From the sequence record SRR31156797_2353: a stretch of DNA of 34,886 bases, one strand, 5' to 3'. The notes under the pieces were generated by a model. It made no database searches. It saw only the letters and a program-made list of their open reading frames with translations, and was not told where the DNA came from. The stretch's first letter is position 1; every line of letters begins with the position of its first letter. Made by a program: the position numbers and the translations under genes. Below, in pieces: positions 1 to 6,538 of this stretch.

Positions 1-123
1 GGTGATGTCCGGGTCGCTTTCCCTGGGCAGTGATGCATAGCTCGCAAGACCGGCTATGATGATGAAGACCAACAACACCATGACGGTAGACTGTCGGTTG
101 AGGGCCGCCTTGTTGATGATCAT
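1..123 (-). CDS. RND efflux transporter permease (AcrB/AcrD/AcrF family), 5' part only; runs off the window
   Basis: Reverse strand from ATG at 123 reads MIINKAALNRQSTVMVLLVFIIIAGLASYASLPRESDPDIT, a typical AcrB-family N-terminus (TM1 then LP-E--P-I). ATGA overlap with the adaptor stop codon. Confidence 0.88.
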   Translation of the reverse strand, partial: MIINKAALNRQSTVMVLLVFIIIAGLASYASLPRESDPDIT

Positions 124-1154
124 TGTGCGTTCACCTTGGTTCCATCTTCAACCAGCGTGTGACCGGAGATGATCAGTTCGTCGCCAATGTTGAGGCCCTT
201 GGTAACTTGCGCAAGGTCTCCTTCGACAACACCGATCTCAATGGTTCTGGCGCGGGCTACACCGTCTTCTTCCACATAGAGCAACCGCTCGCCGCCCTGA
301 TTGATAATGGCGTAGAGTGGAGTAGTCACGGCGTTTTTGAGGACGCGGCGTTCCAGTGAAACGCGGGCGAGCATACCTGCGCGGATGGCTCCGTCAGGGT
401 TGTCAGTGAGTACGCGGGTTTCAAAAGTTTTGGACGCAGAGTCCGCCTTGAAGGAAATGAATTCTACCACGCCTTTCCAGACACGGCCGGGGATGGCGTC
501 AACTGTTACGGTCACTTCCAATCCCTTCTTGATGTAAGGGATATCCATTTCAGGGACATTGATGGTTGTGCGGATGACAGACGGATCAACGATGTCTACG
601 AACTTGTCTCCAGCGTTTACTCGTTCACCACGATCAAGGTATAGATGGTTGATAATCCCGGAAATGGGAGCGCGCACGACTCCGTATTCAACGTTGACCT
701 GCATTTCGCGGAGAGAAGCTTCAGAACGGGCTAGTTCCGCTTCCATACGATCGAATTCCTCTTTGGCCAGAACACCTTTTTTCAGGAGTTCGCGACGACG
801 GCGCAACTGTTCGGTGACGAGTTTCTTGGTGGCTTTTGCCTGATCAAAACGTGCACCGCTGGATGAGACATCAAGTCGGCCGATAAGGGCATTTTTCTTT
901 ACCCGGTCGCCTTCCTTGACGCCGAGCCAGATAACCGTGCCGGAGCTTTCTGAAGATACGCAGACATCGTCGTCCGGTTCGGTTGCGCCGGGAAGGTGGA
1001 GCATGTCGATCATGGTGACTGGTTCAACCTTTGCGGTGACCACTCTGACGGCTTTTGATTCGATCATTTTTGCTTCAGTGGGCGTGTCGTTGCAGCCTGT
1101 GGTGACGAGCACGACGGCACACAGAGATATGAGAGTTAGGAATTTTTTAAACAT
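120..1154 (-). CDS. RND efflux periplasmic adaptor (membrane fusion protein), probable lipoprotein
   Basis: Signal peptide with lipobox-like TTGC, VKEGDRVKK lipoyl-like motif, coiled coil, RAPISG, LRAGM-like motif. Start taken at the ATG at 1154 (MFKKFL), which overlaps the tetR stop. Confidence 0.92.
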   Translation of the reverse strand: MFKKFLTLISLCAVVLVTTGCNDTPTEAKMIESKAVRVVTAKVEPVTMIDMLHLPGATEPDDDVCVSSESSGTVIWLGVKEGDRVKKNALIGRLDVSSSGARFDQAKATKKLVTEQLRRRRELLKKGVLAKEEFDRMEAELARSEASLREMQVNVEYGVVRAPISGIINHLYLDRGERVNAGDKFVDIVDPSVIRTTINVPEMDIPYIKKGLEVTVTVDAIPGRVWKGVVEFISFKADSASKTFETRVLTDNPDGAIRAGMLARVSLERRVLKNAVTTPLYAIINQGGERLLYVEEDGVARARTIEIGVVEGDLAQVTKGLNIGDELIISGHTLVEDGTKVNAQ

Positions 1155-1779
1155 TGCATTTCTCTTTGATGGCTTTGAGTCCGCCAAGGGCGAACGTGGT
1201 CAAGAAGTCCGTCGAGAAGTCGAGGTCCTCTATGGTCTGTAATGCGAATTTTGGATCATCCATGGCCATGAGGAAATAATGAGTTGTCATGGATGTGGCC
1301 GCTATGCAGGCATTGTGGATGACTTCGGGGTCTTCGCAAGGATATATAAGCTCCTTGATGACGGGATATATAACTTTTTCGTCAAGCTCCTTGTGGCACT
1401 CGAAGACTTCAGGCTTGTGGTCTTCAGCAGTCAATTCCTGCAATATGAGCCGGACTCTGTTTAATGTGAGCCCCTCGGGGTCGTTGTATACGCATAAGGA
1501 GCCCAGTTCGGCGTAGATGTATTCGCGGAATTTTTCTTCTGGCGTTGTCTTGGTATCCATGCGTTTTTGAAGGTCGGCTTTTTCGACAAATTCTTCCATC
1601 CAAAGGGCGAGGACCTTATAGAAAAGGTTCTGCTTGTCGCCGAAATGATAGTTGACGGCCGCGACGTTAACATCGGCAACTGCGCAAATATCGCGAACAG
1701 TTGTCTTGTCAAAACCTTTTTCGCAAAAGACGTCGCTTGCTGCAAAAAGTATTTTGTTCCGTGTGGTTTCCTTGCTCAT
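1147..1779 (-). CDS. TetR/AcrR family transcriptional regulator (CerR-like C-terminus)
   Basis: N-terminal HTH TRNKILFAA..F.EKGF..TTVRDIC..ADVNVAAVNYHFGDK; first gene of the efflux operon. Confidence 0.93.
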   Translation of the reverse strand: MSKETTRNKILFAASDVFCEKGFDKTTVRDICAVADVNVAAVNYHFGDKQNLFYKVLALWMEEFVEKADLQKRMDTKTTPEEKFREYIYAELGSLCVYNDPEGLTLNRVRLILQELTAEDHKPEVFECHKELDEKVIYPVIKELIYPCEDPEVIHNACIAATSMTTHYFLMAMDDPKFALQTIEDLDFSTDFLTTFALGGLKAIKEKCNV

Positions 1780-1798
1780 GACTTCTCCCTACACTCTA

Positions 1799-1897
1799 TT
1801 CAATCAGCATTTTAAACGGTGTTTGAAATGTCCGTATAGAGAGACTTGGTGTGCGTGTCAACGAGGAAATGAAACGTTGTTTAAATCAGCGTTTGGT
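1799..1897 (-). promoter_or_regulatory. Sigma70 promoter of the tetR-RND operon, flanked by four putative TetR operators
   Basis: Minus strand TTGACA (1861-1856)-N17-TATACG (1838-1833). Repeats of about TTnAAAC-N3-GTTTnAA at 1799-1815, 1811-1827, 1869-1885 and 1881-1897. Confidence 0.72.
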
Positions 1898-2075
1898 TTG
1901 TGCGGGGTGGGGGGCCTAAAGACCTCGACGGAACGGGGTGGGGCATGCTACTGAATTTTCAAAAAAGAAAGGGGCTTTTCGGTTTCTTCCTTTTTTCCCG
2001 CCCGGCACCCTGACTATGTTGGTCAAGGCCATTTCCCACCGGGCGGTTTTTTCCATTGAAAACCGGGAGATTATA

Positions 2076-2270
2076 ATGGATAAAGTTGACAAGCAGGCCT
2101 TGCAGGTCGCCAAGGAAGTGGTGATCAAGTTTATTGAGGTCGGACGTATTTCCCCTTCCAATTTCGGACAAAATTTTGATGTCATCTACAAGGATGTCAT
2201 GCGTACCGTCACAGGGCAGACTGCCGGAGATGGTTCTCGCGAGGCAGAGCTGGCGGAAAAGAGCGAATAG
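2076..2270 (+). CDS. Small hypothetical protein (64 aa)
   Basis: GGGAG RBS before the ATG at 2076; MDKVDKQALQVAKEVVIKFIEVGRISPSNF; stop directly abuts the ubiE ATG. Confidence 0.8.
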   Translation: MDKVDKQALQVAKEVVIKFIEVGRISPSNFGQNFDVIYKDVMRTVTGQTAGDGSREAELAEKSE

Positions 2271-3164
2271 ATGACCAAGCCAGAATGCCAATCCCACACT
2301 GGCGCGAGTACCCACGCAGAGCATGGCAAACGGGTGGCCGATATGTTTGGCCGAATTGCCGGATGGTATGATTTTCTGAATCATGCCTTGTCATTGGGGC
2401 AGGACATCTATTGGCGTTATCGTTTGGCCAAGGCCGCAAGGCCCGATCCAGACGGTATGGTGCTCGATCTCGCTGCCGGGACCATGGATGTTTCCGTGGA
2501 ATTGCTTAGGCAATATCCGGGTTGCAAGGTAGCAGCCTTGGATTTCGCACTGCCCATGCTTGAGAATGGCAAGGTCAAGAAGCTCAAGAATGGTCGTGAA
2601 TCGCGTATTTTCCCGGTTCAAGCGGACGGACGGGCATTGCCTTTGCCTGATGAGTCCATGTCTGCGGCCACCATCGCCTTTGGTATCCGTAACATCCTGC
2701 CGCGTGAAGATGCCTATGCCGAATTCTATCGGGTGCTCAAGCCCGGTTCGCGACTGTGTATTTTGGAATTCGGCACAGGTTCCAAGCGGGTCTGGAAAGG
2801 GTTATATAATTTTTATCTCGACAAGTTGCTTCCCTTCATCGGTGATCGTATCTCCGGTGATCCCGGCGCGTATCGTTATTTGGCAGAAACCATCAAGAGT
2901 TTTCCTGATGAGCGTGCGCTCGGCAACGAGTTGCTTTCAGCGGGGTTTGAGCGTGTCTATAATGTGCCGATGATGTCCGGTATTGTGTATTTACATGTGG
3001 CTGAGAAGCCCGCTCACACAGTACGGACTGTGGCTCCAAAGAAGTCCACCGCGAAGAAGGGTGCGCCCAAAAAGAAAGCCGCCCCGAAGAAGGCGGCAGT
3101 AAAAGCAACGAAAAAGCCGATCAAGAAAAAAACTAAGGGTGCAAAGAGCGTCCAAAAGAAATAA
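2271..3164 (+). CDS. ubiE: Ubiquinone/menaquinone biosynthesis C-methyltransferase (UbiE/MenG) with a Lys/Ala-rich C-terminal tail
   Basis: V..MF.RIA..YDFLNH.LS.G.D..WR, SAM motif VLDLAAGT, IAFGIRN, RVLKPG, AYRYLAETIK.FP. Confidence 0.92.
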   Translation: MTKPECQSHTGASTHAEHGKRVADMFGRIAGWYDFLNHALSLGQDIYWRYRLAKAARPDPDGMVLDLAAGTMDVSVELLRQYPGCKVAALDFALPMLENGKVKKLKNGRESRIFPVQADGRALPLPDESMSAATIAFGIRNILPREDAYAEFYRVLKPGSRLCILEFGTGSKRVWKGLYNFYLDKLLPFIGDRISGDPGAYRYLAETIKSFPDERALGNELLSAGFERVYNVPMMSGIVYLHVAEKPAHTVRTVAPKKSTAKKGAPKKKAAPKKAAVKATKKPIKKKTKGAKSVQKK

Positions 3165-3339
3165 CGAGCAGGCCGAGAATAATAGCGGCCAGACCGATGA
3201 ATCGCAAGAACTTGGGCGGTTGCTCGGCCAGTCGAAGAAGCATGAGCGGCATACGCTCGGCAAAGAGAAAATAGGGGATGCCTTCGAAAACCAAGGCAAG
3301 ACCTACTGCAAGGATAAGAAGTGACCAGTCGATGTTCAT
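3133..3339 (-). CDS. DUF2065 family small membrane protein
   Basis: AVGLALVFEGIPYFLF...LRFIGL pattern with two hydrophobic helices. Confidence 0.85.
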   Translation of the reverse strand: MNIDWSLLILAVGLALVFEGIPYFLFAERMPLMLLRLAEQPPKFLRFIGLAAIILGLLVISFGRSLHP

Positions 3340-3404
3340 GGCAAATAGATAGCCACAGAACAGTGCCTGTGTCCACCCGAATGGGGTATATGGAGAATAT
3401 GAGT

Positions 3405-4721
3405 ATGATTTCTTTTGATGAGTTAAAGAGCAAAGCCGACAGTATCGCCATTGTCGGACTGGGGTATGTGGGGTTGCCTTTGGCCGTGGCCTTGGGACGT
3501 CATTTCAGCGTTATCGGTGTCGATGTTTCCGAAAAACGTGTGGCGGAATTGAAGCAGCGTGTCGATCGTACCAATGAAGTGGATTTTTCTACGGTTGGCG
3601 ATGATGTGGATTTGACTTTCACTGCTGATCTGGCCGATTTGGCCAAGGCCCGACTCATTCTGGTGGCTGTGCCGACACCTATCGACGAATTTCGTAGCCC
3701 GGATTTGCGTCCGGTCAAGGGTGCGAGCACATCCGTGGGCAAGCATTTGCAACCCGGCTCTGTGGTTGTTTATGAATCCACGGTGTATCCCGGCCTGACC
3801 GAAGAGGTTTGTGTCCCGATTCTTGAAGCCGAATCCGGTCTGAAGTGCGGTGAAGATTTTTGGGTGGGATATTCTCCCGAACGGATCAATCCCGGCGATA
3901 AGATTCATCGACTGGAGACTATCGTCAAGGTAGTGGCCGGTCAGAATGAGGAATCAGGTAAGCTGTTGCAGGATGTCTATGGTACCGTCGTCAAAGCCGG
4001 AACGCATCTGGCTCCGGATATCCGTACAGCCGAAGCTGCCAAGGTCATTGAGAATACGCAGCGCGATCTGAATATTGCGCTTATGAATGAACTTGCCTTG
4101 ATTTTTGACACCATGGGCATTGATACATTGGACGTGTTGGAAGCCTCCGGGACAAAATGGAATTTCCTGCCCTTCCGTCCCGGTTTGGTGGGTGGGCATT
4201 GCATCGGCGTGGACCCGTATTATCTGACCTTCAAGGCCGAGGCCATGGGATTCCATCCACACGTTATTTTAGCTGGTCGCGAAATCAACGACAATATGGG
4301 CAAATTCATTGCTGAGTCCACCATCAAACGACTCATCAAGAATGACTGCAAGATCAAGGGTGCCCGTATTGGCGTACTCGGGCTGACCTTCAAGGAAAAT
4401 GTGCCTGATCTGCGCAATACGCGGGTGGTCGATATCCTTGAAGAACTGAACGACTACGGCGTGGACATCCTGGTGCATGACGCAGAAGCCGACCATGACG
4501 AAGCCCGTGAAGTTTTGAGCATTGAATTGTGTGAACTGGACGAAATGCGGAATTTGGATGCATTAATTTTGGCCGTGTCCCATGATGAATACGCGACTAT
4601 TCCGGTTGCGGATTTGAAAGGGTGGTTTGCCAACCCCGATGCCGCATTGATTGTGGATGTGAAGGGCTTTTTCGACCGCGCAGAACTTGAAGCCGAAGAC
4701 ATCGCTTACTGGCGACTGTAA
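3405..4721 (+). CDS. Nucleotide-sugar dehydrogenase (UDP-GlcNAc/GalNAc dehydrogenase, TviB/WbpO-like)
   Basis: GLGYVG Rossmann motif, VPTP, YESTVYPG, SPERINPG, KVIENTQRD, catalytic GGHCI, FKEN.PDLRN. Start chosen from GGAG spacing. Confidence 0.93.
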   Translation: MISFDELKSKADSIAIVGLGYVGLPLAVALGRHFSVIGVDVSEKRVAELKQRVDRTNEVDFSTVGDDVDLTFTADLADLAKARLILVAVPTPIDEFRSPDLRPVKGASTSVGKHLQPGSVVVYESTVYPGLTEEVCVPILEAESGLKCGEDFWVGYSPERINPGDKIHRLETIVKVVAGQNEESGKLLQDVYGTVVKAGTHLAPDIRTAEAAKVIENTQRDLNIALMNELALIFDTMGIDTLDVLEASGTKWNFLPFRPGLVGGHCIGVDPYYLTFKAEAMGFHPHVILAGREINDNMGKFIAESTIKRLIKNDCKIKGARIGVLGLTFKENVPDLRNTRVVDILEELNDYGVDILVHDAEADHDEAREVLSIELCELDEMRNLDALILAVSHDEYATIPVADLKGWFANPDAALIVDVKGFFDRAELEAEDIAYWRL

Positions 4722-4729
4722 GGATACCT

Positions 4730-5419
4730 ATGATTTTAGTAGTGACGGCAACCCCCAATGAAATGAAAGCCGTTTTTCCTGGTGCGCCGAGATTGGCACA
4801 AGGCGAGACTGTGGAATATGATTTCAATGGCTACTCCCTGCTTTTGGCCGTGACCGGGGTGGGGTTGGTGAACACTTCCCTGACACTCGGCGCCCTGCTG
4901 AGGCGGGACGATGTGGACGGTGTGGTTAATATGGGTATTGCCGGGGCTTATGATCTGGATGAATTTCCCATGTTGTCAATCTGTTATTGCTGGCAGGAAA
5001 CATGGCCCGAATATGGCTTGTTGGATGAAGAGGGGAGTGTTGATCCCAAGGGGATCGGCTTCCCGCAGGGTGAGGCTGACGGACAGACCGTTTGGAATCG
5101 GATCAAGCTGAACCCGGTCAATGATGCCGAAGTTATGGGGCTGACATTGGGAGAAAAGTGGTTGCGAGCTTCTTCTGTCTCTGTCAGCAGTGTGACTGGT
5201 ACTCCTGAACGGGCCGGCTGGCTCAAGGTTTCCTGCAATGCCAACGTGGAGAACATGGAAGGTTTTGGAGTGGCCTACGGTACCAAACGGGCGGATATGC
5301 CCTTTTTGGAAGTGAGGACCATTTCGAATCTGGTTGGTTCACGCGATGCCGAAGATTGGGATTTGAAAGGAGCGCTTAGGCGGCTCGGTGAGGCTGCCGA
5401 TACGCTTTTTACCGCGTAA
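4730..5419 (+). CDS. mqnB: Futalosine hydrolase
   Basis: MTA/SAH nucleosidase fold: ILVVTAT..E, TGVG.VN, GIAG, ENMEG, EVRTISN.VG.RD...W; lies among menaquinone genes. Confidence 0.88.
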   Translation: MILVVTATPNEMKAVFPGAPRLAQGETVEYDFNGYSLLLAVTGVGLVNTSLTLGALLRRDDVDGVVNMGIAGAYDLDEFPMLSICYCWQETWPEYGLLDEEGSVDPKGIGFPQGEADGQTVWNRIKLNPVNDAEVMGLTLGEKWLRASSVSVSSVTGTPERAGWLKVSCNANVENMEGFGVAYGTKRADMPFLEVRTISNLVGSRDAEDWDLKGALRRLGEAADTLFTA

Positions 5420-5464
5420 AACGGGGCTTGCCCCTCAACCCGCAACCTGACATAGTATTGAGAT

Positions 5465-6433
5465 ATGGAAGAACTTTTACGATATTTCCAACGAGAACTC
5501 CCTGAAATCAACGGTTTTCTCGACAAAGAGGCCGATCAATTGAATGGGTTGGTCCGGGACGTTGCCAAGCATATTATAGGCTCTGGCGGTAAACGTATCC
5601 GGCCTTTACTTACCTTGTTGTTTGCTCGTTCGCTCGGGTATGACAAGGATGATCACCACGCCATTGCCTGTTCGCTTGAACTGTTGCATTCGGCTACCCT
5701 GTTGCATGATGATTATCTCGACGATGCCGAGTTGCGGCGTGGCAGACCTGCTGCGCATCTGGTCTTTGGCCGTACCGAGACTATTCTGGCAGGCGATGCC
5801 CTGTTGGCCTTGGCCAATGAGATGGCTGCCCGCTATGGCAATGCCAAGCTTTCCTGGTTGTTGGCCAAAGGCACCATGGAAACCGCTGTGGGCGAGATCG
5901 AGGAAATAGCTTTTTCCAAAGATCCTTCTTTGGACCGTCAGACCTACATGGAAATCATTATCGGCAAGACAGCTCGACTCATTGAGTGTGCCTGTCGATG
6001 TGGTGCTGTCTTAGCCGGGGCGACTCCCGAGCAAGAGGATGCAGCCGGTGAGTACGGCTTGAATCTTGGCATCGCATTCCAGTTGGTGGATGATGCTCTG
6101 GATTATGCGTCTCCCACTTCCGAGACCGGTAAGCCTGAAGGCGGCGATCTCAAGGAAGGCAAGGTTACATTGCCGTTGATTTTGCTCATGGAAGAAGGTG
6201 ACACAGCCGGATGCGAAACTTTGCTGGAAGCCCTCAAAGAGAAATCTCTGACAGACGAACAGTGTCAGGACATCTTGGAGCAGGTGCGGGATGGTCGATA
6301 TTCGGAGAAGACTCGTGAAGAGGCCGCTGCGTATGTGGAAAAGGCCAAGGCATGTCTGGATGGTTTCGAGCCAGGGGAAGAACTTTCCGTGCTCAAACAG
6401 GCTGCGGATTTTGTGCTGACCAGAACCAAGTAA
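5465..6433 (+). CDS. ispB: Polyprenyl (octaprenyl/heptaprenyl) diphosphate synthase
   Basis: GGKRIRP, first Asp-rich motif LLHDDYLD..LRRG, GKTA, second Asp-rich motif FQLVDDALD, DLKEGKVTLP. Confidence 0.9.
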   Translation: MEELLRYFQRELPEINGFLDKEADQLNGLVRDVAKHIIGSGGKRIRPLLTLLFARSLGYDKDDHHAIACSLELLHSATLLHDDYLDDAELRRGRPAAHLVFGRTETILAGDALLALANEMAARYGNAKLSWLLAKGTMETAVGEIEEIAFSKDPSLDRQTYMEIIIGKTARLIECACRCGAVLAGATPEQEDAAGEYGLNLGIAFQLVDDALDYASPTSETGKPEGGDLKEGKVTLPLILLMEEGDTAGCETLLEALKEKSLTDEQCQDILEQVRDGRYSEKTREEAAAYVEKAKACLDGFEPGEELSVLKQAADFVLTRTK

Positions 6434-6437
6434 TTTC

Positions 6438-6466
6438 AGGCCGGTTCCCAGGCAGGGGACCGGCCT
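6438..6466 (+). other. GC-rich stem-loop between ispB and purL
   Basis: AGGCCGGTTCCC / GGGGACCGGCCT inverted repeat followed by only a weak T-tract. Confidence 0.55.
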
Positions 6467-6538
6467 TCTGCTTTTAATAAAATGTGCGGTTGCCTGTCGA
6501 CATGCCAATGCGCGGCACCCGGTGAGGAGAGATCTATC

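Noticed and set aside
1961..2066. Nested inverted repeats (CCGCCCGG/CCGGGCGG plus T6) upstream of the 64-aa gene, considered as a riboswitch or attenuator
   Set aside because: No recognisable aptamer consensus, the loop is large, and the 5' arm probably lies within the promoter.
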